Shown: positions 1 through 7,760, numbered from the stretch's first letter. The stretch: DNA of 31,494 bases from Armatimonadota bacterium (GCA_014379275.1 JACMMA010000503.1:1-31494); one strand, 5' to 3'. The notes: a model not told the origin generated them from the letters alone. Numbers and translations: made by a program.

Positions 1-31
1 CGCCTAACTCGCGGATCCGGAGACGTTTTTT

Positions 32-397
32 TTGCTCGCGGTAGATCCCGGGGGGGTGTTCGGCGGCTATTGCAACCTGCATTTAGGGAGTCGCCCGGTG
101 CGCGCCCCCCCCCCCAAGTCTGGGGGGCTCCCCGGGCGTCCCGGGATGCCGGTCAAACTGTGGCGCTTGTATACGGCGCGGGAGTGGCAGGGGCGGGGTG
201 TCGGTGCGCTGCTGTTAGAACACGCGGCGACTGTCGCGCGTGAGCGCGGGGGTAGCGTCTTCTGGCTGACAGTGAATACCGAAAACACCGGCGCGGTGCG
301 TTTTTATACGCGGAATGGTTTCGTGCGAACGGGCTTCGCCAGCTTCGACCTCGGCGGCGAGATTCAGCGCGACTTCGTGATGGAGCGGGTTTTGTAA
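32..397 (+). CDS. GNAT N-acetyltransferase (PaiA/SSAT-like), 5'-incomplete and possibly a pseudogene
   Basis: Motif A LY..WQGRGVGALLL and motif B LTVNTENTGAVRFY.RNGF..G, ending GGEIQRDFVMERVL. Family-like sequence continues upstream in frame (LADPETFFLLA, 8-40) to an in-frame TAA at 5-7, so TTG32 is probably not the real start. Confidence 0.75.
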   Translation: MLAVDPGGVFGGYCNLHLGSRPVRAPPPKSGGLPGRPGMPVKLWRLYTAREWQGRGVGALLLEHAATVARERGGSVFWLTVNTENTGAVRFYTRNGFVRTGFASFDLGGEIQRDFVMERVL

Positions 398-424
398 GGT
401 GCTGGGCGTCAGTTATCGAGCCGC

Positions 425-486
425 CGCCCGGTACCGGATGATCACATGGCGCGGTACCGGGCGACGAGTCACGCAACCTTGTGACT
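425..486. terminator. Two hairpins between convergent genes (possible terminator)
   Basis: 12-bp inverted repeat CGCCCGGTACCG (425-436)/CGGTACCGGGCG (452-463), then AGTCAC/GTGACT (467-486). No clear U-tract. Confidence 0.4.
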
Positions 487-1498
487 AACCCTTGATTCCT
501 TCTGCCAGGAGCCAGCCGGTTGCAATCGCGTTTTCGAGGCGGATTCCGCCACAGCCGTCCCCGCAGATGTGTAACCCTTGTGCTTTATCGGACAGGAACG
601 GCTCGCCGGTCGTTTGTGTCGGCGCGGCGTACCGCCATCGGTGCGTGTGGGCTTCCCGCACGGCGAGCCGTTGACCACCCAGACCTTCCACGGCAGCAAG
701 AATCGCCGCCTGTACCGAATCCTTCCAATCCTCGATGTGAACCCGGCTCCACGCCCCGGAACCGTGCGCCACAATAACAGGCTCGGGGTGGCGGAAGTCA
801 CGCTTGGTGTGGTCGCGCGAAAGCCAGCCTAAAACCGGGTGGTTTTTAAACTCTATCGCCGTATGGTCGAAGGGAATGTCGTTCTCCAGCACGGCTATCA
901 CTGTCCACGCCGGATCGTACGTCACCGACTCTATCTGGCTCCGCCAACTATCTGATAGAAAAGTTCCCGCGAGCCGCAAGAGTTGTTCCGCGGGGAGAGT
1001 CAGGCAAAGATTTTTTGCCGTAAACGACACCGGTGTTTCCCCGGGGTGCGCGTGTCCGGTGGCGACCCATTTATCGCCGTCTTTCGCCAGCGCGGTAATC
1101 GTCGTGCTGACACGGACGTCCGTACCTTGTGCAAGGCGCTCCGCGATGGACTGCATTCCCGTCGTGGGCGCGTAGCGCGGGTGACCCGGTTCGCGCTCCT
1201 TGATCTCGCCGCGCTCCCACGTCGGGTAGCCGCGATTCCAGATACGTAGCGTGCTATCCGGCTCGTTGATCCACGCCTGCGCCCACCGGGTCAGCCGGTC
1301 GCTTTTCGCCGTGAAATACTGCGTGCCGTAGTCGCACAGGCTCCCGGTCGCCAGAGTGCGTGTCGCGCATCGCCCACCGACAACACGTCCTTTGTCCACA
1401 CAAATCACCTTCGCGCCTGTTTTTCGCAGGTCCCCGGCAAGGGCAAGCCCCGCAACCCCTGCCCCGATCACCAGATAATCGCTCGTTTCACTTTGCAT
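485..1498 (-). CDS. Renalase-like NAD(P)/FAD-dependent oxidoreductase (COG3380 type)
   Basis: Rossmann motif VIGAGVAG, DKGRVVGGRCATR, DYGTQYFT, HRWRYA and CGDG..G.RLENA..TG. Start moved to ATG1498 (MQSETSDYLVIG) because the dinucleotide-binding motif should be N-terminal; the track starts it at 1591. Confidence 0.88.
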   Translation of the reverse strand: MQSETSDYLVIGAGVAGLALAGDLRKTGAKVICVDKGRVVGGRCATRTLATGSLCDYGTQYFTAKSDRLTRWAQAWINEPDSTLRIWNRGYPTWERGEIKEREPGHPRYAPTTGMQSIAERLAQGTDVRVSTTITALAKDGDKWVATGHAHPGETPVSFTAKNLCLTLPAEQLLRLAGTFLSDSWRSQIESVTYDPAWTVIAVLENDIPFDHTAIEFKNHPVLGWLSRDHTKRDFRHPEPVIVAHGSGAWSRVHIEDWKDSVQAAILAAVEGLGGQRLAVREAHTHRWRYAAPTQTTGEPFLSDKAQGLHICGDGCGGIRLENAIATGWLLAEGIKG

Positions 1499-1651
1499 CT
1501 TGCCTACAGCATACCCGAAGAACGGTTCGAACCGCCAAGATTCGAGAGCGGGCGCGAGTCTGCCGGGGTGTGTCGTCTCCGCGGCGTTCATGGTGCCCCG
1601 GTGAGAATCAGGGGCGACCCACCGGTTCCCACGGGATATCCGTAGTCAGAC

Positions 1652-2947
1652 TCAAAAGCCGGTCGGGGTGGGCGCGCCGAGTCGTTTCAGAGCTTCCTGC
1701 GCGGCGAAAACGTGGGGCGAGGCGGGAAAGCGGCGCAAGAGAGTCTGGTACAGAAGGACGGGTTCGGCCTGATTGTCGGAATGTTTCTCCGTCACCAGGC
1801 GCTCCATGATCTGTGCGTAACGAAGCAGGGCGGTTTCCGCGTCCGGACCGGTTCGTTCCTGTTTGAATATCTGCTTAAACAGCTGCGCGGCGATACGGAG
1901 TGCGTTCAGGTTGCCGTCGTGCTCCAGACGGGTGGCGAGGCGGAGCACGGGCGGGGTCGGTAGTTTCGCCTGATGCAGCGACACGGCGAGTATGGCGTTC
2001 GCCAGCGACGTGGGGTCGGCTTTGTCCGATAAGAGCGGGCCGTATTGCCTCAATGCGTCCATAAAAAGCGGTTCCCATCCGGGTACTGTCGGGTCGGCGA
2101 CCCGCCCGGTGTAGGCGAGAATCAACTTCTCGTCGTTCGGCTCGCGCCGGAGCAGGTCTGCGAGTTCCGGAACCGATAGCGCCGACAGATTCACGCCTTC
2201 CGCCCGCATCCGCCGCGCCTCCGAAGCCCGCTTACCGTCCCGCGGGATCTTGAGGAGCGCGACGGCGGCGAGACCGCCCATCAACCCCGCGATATGGGCG
2301 AAGTTCGCGACGCCGCCCGAACCGCCGGAAAAAATCGCGCTGATGATATCCAGCACGAACAGATACAGCACGACATACTTTGCCTGCCATTCCCAGTTCG
2401 GCGTGTTACCGCGCACGATAAACCAGGTCACCCAGCGGAACAGGGTGAGCGGCTCCGCCAAAAATACGCAGATGGTCGCGAAAGGGAATAGCCAGAGGTA
2501 CGCGCCGATAAGTCCCATGATCGCGCCGGAAGCACCAACGACGAACGATTCGGGGTTGAGCACACCGGCGACGAGTACCTGGAAAAAACCAGAGAACACA
2601 CCGGTGGCGGCGAAAAGCGCGACAAACCGCCCGTGTCCGACGCGCCCTTCTACCGCCGGGCCGAAGACCCATAACGTCAGAATATTACCGAGCAGGTGGA
2701 ACAGATTAGCATGCAGGAAAAAGTAGGTCAATAACCGGAACGGTTCACGAAACAAAATATCCCACGACAGCGCGTACCGTCCGGCGACCGCGTTTTGCAG
2801 GCCAAGAAACGGATTTTCAAAGTCGCGGCGTCCGCCGTCTAAATTCGCGGTCAGAAAGTAAACCACGGTGTTGACCGCTATCAATGACAGCGTGACGTAG
2901 GGGAACCGTTCGGGGGCGTTCTTCGCGCGGTAGGGAATAATCGGCAC
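1652..2947 (-). CDS. Rhomboid intramembrane serine protease with C-terminal helical (TPR-like) domain
   Basis: FLHANLFHLLGN, catalytic GASG and AHIAG, about 6 TM segments, then about 190 aa of helical sequence. GTG start preceded by GCAGGAG. Confidence 0.92.
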   Translation of the reverse strand: MPIIPYRAKNAPERFPYVTLSLIAVNTVVYFLTANLDGGRRDFENPFLGLQNAVAGRYALSWDILFREPFRLLTYFFLHANLFHLLGNILTLWVFGPAVEGRVGHGRFVALFAATGVFSGFFQVLVAGVLNPESFVVGASGAIMGLIGAYLWLFPFATICVFLAEPLTLFRWVTWFIVRGNTPNWEWQAKYVVLYLFVLDIISAIFSGGSGGVANFAHIAGLMGGLAAVALLKIPRDGKRASEARRMRAEGVNLSALSVPELADLLRREPNDEKLILAYTGRVADPTVPGWEPLFMDALRQYGPLLSDKADPTSLANAILAVSLHQAKLPTPPVLRLATRLEHDGNLNALRIAAQLFKQIFKQERTGPDAETALLRYAQIMERLVTEKHSDNQAEPVLLYQTLLRRFPASPHVFAAQEALKRLGAPTPTGF

Positions 2948-3037
2948 GGGTGTTCTCCTGCAAACAAAAACGGTCGGTTCATTCGGCGAATTCAGTATTC
3001 ACCAAACAACCCGACCGTCCCTGCACGTTCCGAAAAG

Positions 3038-3110
3038 TGGAGAATAGCGGGATCGAACCGCTGACCTCTTCAATGCCATTGAAGCGCTCTCCCAGCTGAG
3101 CTAATTCCCC
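3038..3110 (-). tRNA. tRNA-Ala(GGC)
   Basis: Minus strand GGGGAATTAGCTCAGCTGGGAGAGCGCTTCAATGGCATTGAAGAGGTCAGCGGTTCGATCCCGCTATTCTCCA. Acceptor stem has the G3:U70 Ala identity pair, anticodon stem CTTCA/TGAAG around GGC, GGTTCGA T-loop, A73 discriminator. CCA not encoded. Confidence 0.98.
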
Positions 3111-3155
3111 GGGGTCCGCGCGAAACGTTCGTTTTCCACAACGCGAACGGAGAGT

Positions 3156-3184
3156 AGTATACCGCGCCCTTGTGACCGTTGCAA
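3156..3184 (-). promoter_or_regulatory. Sigma70-type promoter of tRNA-Ala
   Basis: Minus strand TTGCAA (3184-3179), 17-nt spacer, TATACT (3161-3156), about 45 nt upstream of the tRNA 5' end. Confidence 0.75.
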
Positions 3185-3198
3185 TAGCAAAATGTCGC

Positions 3199-3993
3199 TC
3201 ACGGCTTGATTGACTTGCCGGTATAAGCGATGCCTTCGTTGTCGGGTCCGCCGCGCGGTCCTTCTTTCCACCCGCTCCTCCGCCAATGCTCGTCATAGGT
3301 GACTACTGCTTGCGGCAAGCCTGCCTCGCCCGGAAAAGCAAGCCGCATCGCTCCATCGGTCTTGCCCAGATAAGGCGCATACGTGACCTTATCGTAGGGC
3401 ACGTTCTCCACAGTGCCGTCATCCCAAAGGACCTGGTAGAAGCCGACTGGGTTCACGGTGGTGCGGTCCCCTGGATACTGGCGCGCGTTTTCGTGGTAAT
3501 AGGTGTCCATGTAGGCGAGAACGTCGCGTGTGCCAGGCGGTTTCGCGCCGAACTTTGGTGAGCCGTCTGCCCGCGTTTCGTAGGAACCAAAGGTGACCAC
3601 GTTCCCCTTCCGCATAATGGGACTGTCGCTGAAACGCATGTCAGGGTTTTTCAGCGCGTTGCCTGCCGCCTCGAAGCTTTCAAACCCGAACTCCTTTGGG
3701 TTGGTCAGCAAATCGTTGAAGGTGTCGCCGTAAGATTTGGGGTAAACGCCGTGTTTTTTCTTGTACGCTTCGTACAGAACAAACAAATTTTTCATCACCC
3801 GTTCACCGTTTTGAGGATCGCCGGGAACCAAGCCTTCCGTGTCGTTTTCCGCGAGTCCTTCCTTGGGGAGCAGGGGCGCGGGGCGGGGGGCGGCGCGGTA
3901 CGCCCGGTAGATCCACCCGCCGTAGAGAAGCATGGCGCAGAAGAGTGCGCCGAACACCGTTGCGCGGAACCGTTTGTCTTGTAACATGGTCAT
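3199..3993 (-). CDS. Membrane-anchored DUF1559/pseudopilin-like protein
   Basis: N-terminal TM (TVFGALFCAMLLYGGWIY). MKNLFVLYEAYKKKHGVYP resembles the NNLKQ..A...Y....G.YP helix of DUF1559/GspG-like proteins, and YQVLWDDGTV resembles the H-X9-DG C-terminal motif. No GFTLIE N-methylation motif. Alternative start ATG3987. Confidence 0.5.
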   Translation of the reverse strand: MTMLQDKRFRATVFGALFCAMLLYGGWIYRAYRAAPRPAPLLPKEGLAENDTEGLVPGDPQNGERVMKNLFVLYEAYKKKHGVYPKSYGDTFNDLLTNPKEFGFESFEAAGNALKNPDMRFSDSPIMRKGNVVTFGSYETRADGSPKFGAKPPGTRDVLAYMDTYYHENARQYPGDRTTVNPVGFYQVLWDDGTVENVPYDKVTYAPYLGKTDGAMRLAFPGEAGLPQAVVTYDEHWRRSGWKEGPRGGPDNEGIAYTGKSIKP

Positions 3994-4051
3994 CTCTTTC
4001 TGAATGCCCGCCGGGTGAGCACTTCATCGACGGGATTTAACATATAATGAT

Positions 4052-4441
4052 CTACAGCGTGCAAGCAGCACCATAAGTTACACGGGCCTCGCTACACAAT
4101 TTTTCCTCGCCCGTGCATACCGTAACTGGTGACTGGCCCGGACAGACAATTGTGACAGGACAGTAGTACGCTTTAGTTGTAACTTTCTTCATGTGACCTG
4201 CGCCACCATTTGAAGATGGACAACACTTCTCAGGGATGACTACCGTGTCTGTGAGACGAATGTTATAAGTACAACCTCTGCCATCATACCGCTGGAAGGC
4301 TGTACAACTATTATAAGCAGGTATTGGGCATGGATCCACGGTCGAGTTGGCAGACGCATTTTTACCGCCGTTCGGGACGAGCATGGCGGCGGTAACTAAG
4401 ATGATGGCGGACACGACGGCGACGAGATTCTCAACTCTCAT
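4052..4441 (-). CDS. Small secreted cysteine-rich protein (129 aa, 10 Cys in the mature part)
   Basis: ATG4441 with RBS GAAAGGA, 2 nt after the upstream stop. Hydrophobic leader ending ASA, then a 98-aa mature region with 10 Cys. The track's start at 4684 overlaps the DUF1573 gene and is rejected. Confidence 0.8.
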   Translation of the reverse strand: MRVENLVAVVSAIILVTAAMLVPNGGKNASANSTVDPCPIPAYNSCTAFQRYDGRGCTYNIRLTDTVVIPEKCCPSSNGGAGHMKKVTTKAYYCPVTIVCPGQSPVTVCTGEEKLCSEARVTYGAACTL

Positions 4442-4443
4442 GA

Positions 4444-4905
4444 CTAATTTCCTTTCGGTTGAGCGGGCGTGACGATTCCCGAAAGGGTGATGGGTGTTCC
4501 CTGTGGGTTGTCGTCGGTGACGATGTAGACGTTCTGGGTGACGCTCCCGGACTTGCCGGTCGTGTCCACCGTTGCAGCGACCTGTATCGCTTCGAGCGGC
4601 TTCAGAGTGAACGGTTCGGTTTTGCCGACGAAGGCGCGGGTGCAACCGCAATCGCCGCGCAGGGATTGGACACGGACACTCCACGGGTGGAGGTTTCTCA
4701 CCGTCGCCACGCGCCGAATCTCGGTGCCCGCCGTCACGCTACCGAATCGGTACTCGCTTTGCGACAGGTACAGGCGATTCGACGCGATGGGAAGGCGATA
4801 TAGGAGGATGATTACGCACACGCAGAGCGTGCATGCGAAAAGCCATACAGCGTCCGAGATAGTGACCCGTTTGCTAACCGGTCTTGCACCATGAATTGCC
4901 GACAT
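4444..4905 (-). CDS. DUF1573 domain protein (Ig-like, CGC motif) with N-terminal TM
   Basis: Y.FGSV..G......TVRN......V......DCGCT.......L.P.E.......DT.GK.G...Q.V...T pattern. TM AVWLFACTLCVCVIILLY. RBS AAAGGGA. Confidence 0.88.
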   Translation of the reverse strand: MSAIHGARPVSKRVTISDAVWLFACTLCVCVIILLYRLPIASNRLYLSQSEYRFGSVTAGTEIRRVATVRNLHPWSVRVQSLRGDCGCTRAFVGKTEPFTLKPLEAIQVAATVDTTGKSGSVTQNVYIVTDDNPQGTPITLSGIVTPAQPKGN

Positions 4906-4919
4906 GACGTTCCCTTTCT

Positions 4920-4975
4920 GGGCGTTCTGCCCGTACGAAGGGTCCGTACGAAGGGTGCGGGCGTTCTGCCCGTAC
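4920..4975. repeat. Nested direct repeats in the 5' leader of the DUF1573 gene
   Basis: GGGCGTTCTGCCCGTAC at 4920-4936 and 4959-4975. CCGTACGAAGGGT tandem at 4931-4943 and 4944-4956. Confidence 0.85.
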
Positions 4976-5019
4976 CGGTGTTTCTACGATGATCTAAAAA
5001 GCGACCTCGCTATGAGCAT

Positions 5020-5049
5020 ACTGTAGCAAGTATGTTATTACCATGTCAA
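5020..5049 (-). promoter_or_regulatory. Sigma70-type promoter for the DUF1573 cassette
   Basis: Minus strand TTGACA (5049-5044), 18-nt spacer ending TGc, TACAGT (5025-5020), i.e. an extended -10. Confidence 0.6.
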
Positions 5050-5148
5050 CAATTCGTCGTTACTACACGAAAATATTCTTGTCCCGCATTGGTAACCGAA
5101 GAGCGGGCGTGGCGCGGCCAAAGTTATGAGCGAACTCGCCATTGAAGT

Positions 5149-5508
5149 CTACCGCGGTTCGATGCGTACGCTCCTGCGCGTCGGCCAGGGGTTGGTGACC
5201 GTGTGGCGTGGTTGAGGGTTTGCCCATTCGGCGGGGACGCGCACGCCGTGCAGCACTTCGGCGGCGGCGGCGATGACCGGCGCGAATGTTTCGTAGCAAC
5301 GGGGGCAGCCGAGAAGCCCGGTGCGATTGAGTTCGGTCTCGGTAAGATAACAGGCGGAGCAGATGCGCAGGGCGGGGGACTGTCGTTCCCCATCCTCCAC
5401 CGACGCGGGAGGGACCGCGACACGGGGCGTGCGGACTTCCTCCCCGACACGCGCCGGTGCAGCGGGAATAGTTGACGGGTGGAGCAGACGTTCAAGCAAA
5501 GCAGGCAT
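5149..5508 (-). CDS. McsA-like zinc-finger protein (stand-alone, lacking the UVR coiled coil)
   Basis: CSACYLTETELNRTGLLGCPRCYETF...LHG matches the second zinc-binding module of McsA (CxxCG.T..F...G.LGCxxCY..F...HG). ATG5508 preferred because the track's TTG5547 coincides with a -35 box. Confidence 0.7.
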   Translation of the reverse strand: MPALLERLLHPSTIPAAPARVGEEVRTPRVAVPPASVEDGERQSPALRICSACYLTETELNRTGLLGCPRCYETFAPVIAAAAEVLHGVRVPAEWANPQPRHTVTNPWPTRRSVRIEPR

Positions 5509-5517
5509 GGCTACAGG

Positions 5518-5547
5518 AGTGTAACATGAGCGGGCGAGCGGCGGCAA
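5518..5547 (-). promoter_or_regulatory. Extended -10 promoter giving a near-leaderless mRNA
   Basis: TTGCCG (5547-5542), 18-nt spacer ending TGt, TACACT (5523-5518), with only 9 nt between the -10 box and ATG5508. Confidence 0.5.
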
Positions 5548-5667
5548 GGTGGAGTGAATAAAAACGCGAAACTAACGAACGTCCTGGAGAAACTACTTCC
5601 CTGTGCCTGTTCCGGCGAAATCGTGTAAAATGATACGAACCGACCGTGTTTCGCACACGCCCTCCTT

Positions 5668-7572
5668 ATGAGTACCCCAGACACCGACGAAGCGATTATT
5701 GGCATTGACCTCGGCACTTCGACTTCCGCGATTGCCGCGCTCATTGGCGGTCGCCCCGACCTGATCCAGGACGCCCAGGGAGACCGTATCGTGCCGTCTG
5801 TCGTTCAGATCAACCCCGACGGCGAAACGCTGGTCGGCGCGGTGGCCAAACACGGCGCGGTCGCCTTCCATGACCGAACCGCCCAGGAAGCGAAACGCCT
5901 GATGGGGACCGGCGAGACGATAAAGATCGCCGGCCTGGAAAAAACACCCGAAGAGATCGGCGCGATGGTGCTCGGCTACCTGAAAACGGCGGCGGAAGCG
6001 AAACTGGGGCGCGGCGCAGTGCGCGACGTGGTGATTTCGGTCCCCGCCCGCTTCGAGAACGCGGCGCGCGAAGCGACGAAACGCGCCGCCGAACTCGCCG
6101 GTTTGAATGTGCTCCGCCTGATCAACGAACCGACCGCTGCCGCACTCGCCTACGGGCTGGATCGCCTACAGAATAACCAGAAGGTTTTGGTATTCGATTT
6201 CGGCGGCGGCACCCTCGATGTCACGGTCCTGGAAATGTTCGACGGCGTGTTGGACGTAAAAACCTCGGTCGGCGATGACAAGTTAGGCGGCAAAGATATC
6301 GACGAAGCGGTCGTGAAGATGTTCCGCGATGTGTACAAAGACCAGCACGGCAAGTCGCTCCCGCCGCCGTCCAAAGACCGCAAGGTCGCCCAGATTTTGA
6401 AGGAGGAGGCGGAATCCGCGAAACGCCGCCTTTCCTCCTCGGTGACACTCTCGATAGATATCCCCTACGTGTCCACCGACGGCGGTTTGTCGTTCCTGTT
6501 CACGCGGCAAAAGTTCGAGGAGGTTTGCGAGCCGTTATTGATGCGAGCGATGGTGCTCGTGAACGAAGCGTTGTCACGCGCCCGTTTACAATGGGAAGAC
6601 ATTGACGTCGTGCTACCGGTCGGGGGATCGTCGCGCATACCGCTGTTTCGTCGGGCGATCGAATATGCCTGGGGCAAAGAGTTGCGTGATTACGAAAACC
6701 CGGACGAAGCGGTGGCGAAAGGGGCTGCCATCGCCGCCGGTCTGGAAAAGCGGATTTATGAGGGCGAGTCGGATATCGTCGTTCAAGACGTGTCGCCGCA
6801 CCGTCTGGGTGTCGCGACTATCAAGCAGGTCGGCACCGGGCAGTTCGTAGACGATTACTTTTCGGAGATCATTCCTAAAGACTCTAAACTACCCTCGATG
6901 GCGAAACGCTCCTATCGCGCGGCGTTCGGCGACGGCGAGGAAGTCATCATTCGCATCTATGAAGCCGCCACGGACAGCAATCTGTGCCGCGATCACCGTC
7001 TGGTGAACGAACTACGGATGAGGCGGTTCGACTCCGGCGACCCGGCGGAGGAGATCCAGGTCGAGTTCATTTACACGCTGGATGGCACCCTGAACGTTTC
7101 CGCGCGGTATGTTTCCGCACCGATGCTCAAAGTCGAAGGCGTCTTCGATCTCAACGAAAGTCGTTCGAATAACAGCCCCGTTGCTCCCGGCTCTGGGGGA
7201 AATATCGGGGCGTCATTACTCGCCGCGGAAAGCGACCCGTCCCCGCCGGTACCCCAGACTCCGGGGGGAATCTCGCACCCCCCCGCGCCGGGTTTGCTGG
7301 ATGAAACGCCCGCGACGCCAAACACCCGGCAGGCGACGCCGAACAACCTGACCGCCGCGCAACTCAACTCTCTCTGGAAAAAGCGCCCCGGCGCGGACCA
7401 GTGTGCTCCTTTGCTCGAACAGTCAGAGCGGGCGGCGACCGAGCATCCCGAATCCGCGAAGTTTATCCGCGCCTCCGCGGACGAACTGAAGATGGCACTG
7501 ATTTCCAGCACGGACGCGGATGTCCGGCAACGATTGGATGCCCTGACGGATGTGCTGTTCGATCTGGCGTAG
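5668..7572 (+). CDS. Atypical Hsp70/DnaK-family chaperone paralogue
   Basis: GIDLGTSTS, AKRLMG, INEPTAAALAYG, DFGGGTLDV and VGGSSRIP motifs. Linker DIVVQDVSP, divergent substrate-binding domain, Pro-rich spacer and short helical C-terminus. Not canonical dnaK: no grpE/dnaJ nearby and no CIRCE seen. Confidence 0.92.
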   Translation: MSTPDTDEAIIGIDLGTSTSAIAALIGGRPDLIQDAQGDRIVPSVVQINPDGETLVGAVAKHGAVAFHDRTAQEAKRLMGTGETIKIAGLEKTPEEIGAMVLGYLKTAAEAKLGRGAVRDVVISVPARFENAAREATKRAAELAGLNVLRLINEPTAAALAYGLDRLQNNQKVLVFDFGGGTLDVTVLEMFDGVLDVKTSVGDDKLGGKDIDEAVVKMFRDVYKDQHGKSLPPPSKDRKVAQILKEEAESAKRRLSSSVTLSIDIPYVSTDGGLSFLFTRQKFEEVCEPLLMRAMVLVNEALSRARLQWEDIDVVLPVGGSSRIPLFRRAIEYAWGKELRDYENPDEAVAKGAAIAAGLEKRIYEGESDIVVQDVSPHRLGVATIKQVGTGQFVDDYFSEIIPKDSKLPSMAKRSYRAAFGDGEEVIIRIYEAATDSNLCRDHRLVNELRMRRFDSGDPAEEIQVEFIYTLDGTLNVSARYVSAPMLKVEGVFDLNESRSNNSPVAPGSGGNIGASLLAAESDPSPPVPQTPGGISHPPAPGLLDETPATPNTRQATPNNLTAAQLNSLWKKRPGADQCAPLLEQSERAATEHPESAKFIRASADELKMALISSTDADVRQRLDALTDVLFDLA

Positions 7573-7577
7573 AAATC

Positions 7578-7607
7578 AACCTATTCCGCGACCTGCGGAT
7601 GGTTTTT
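7578..7607 (+). terminator. Weak intrinsic terminator after the Hsp70 gene
   Basis: AACC..TCCGC-GACCT-GCGGA.GGTT, bulged stem running into a T5 tract. Confidence 0.35.
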
Positions 7608-7760
7608 GACCGCGTCGGTGTAGTGACGAATCCCCCGAAAGATACATTTTTTCGTGTCCTCTCGCTAGGAGTGGAAAGCGAAGAACGCATGACATACAAT
7701 GGTCGCCAGAACACAGAAGGTACTGGTATAAATACGGTGCCATACTCGAAGGAGAGATCA

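Noticed and set aside
3038-3110. tRNA-Ala as the attachment site of an integrated element
   Set aside because: No integrase, and no second copy of the tRNA 3' end was noticed. The accessory cassette lies on the 5' side of the tRNA rather than the usual 3' side.
5548-5667. CIRCE/HrcA or CtsR boxes near the Hsp70 and McsA-like genes
   Set aside because: No TTAGCACTC-N9-GAGTGCTAA and no tandem GGTCAAA heptads are present.
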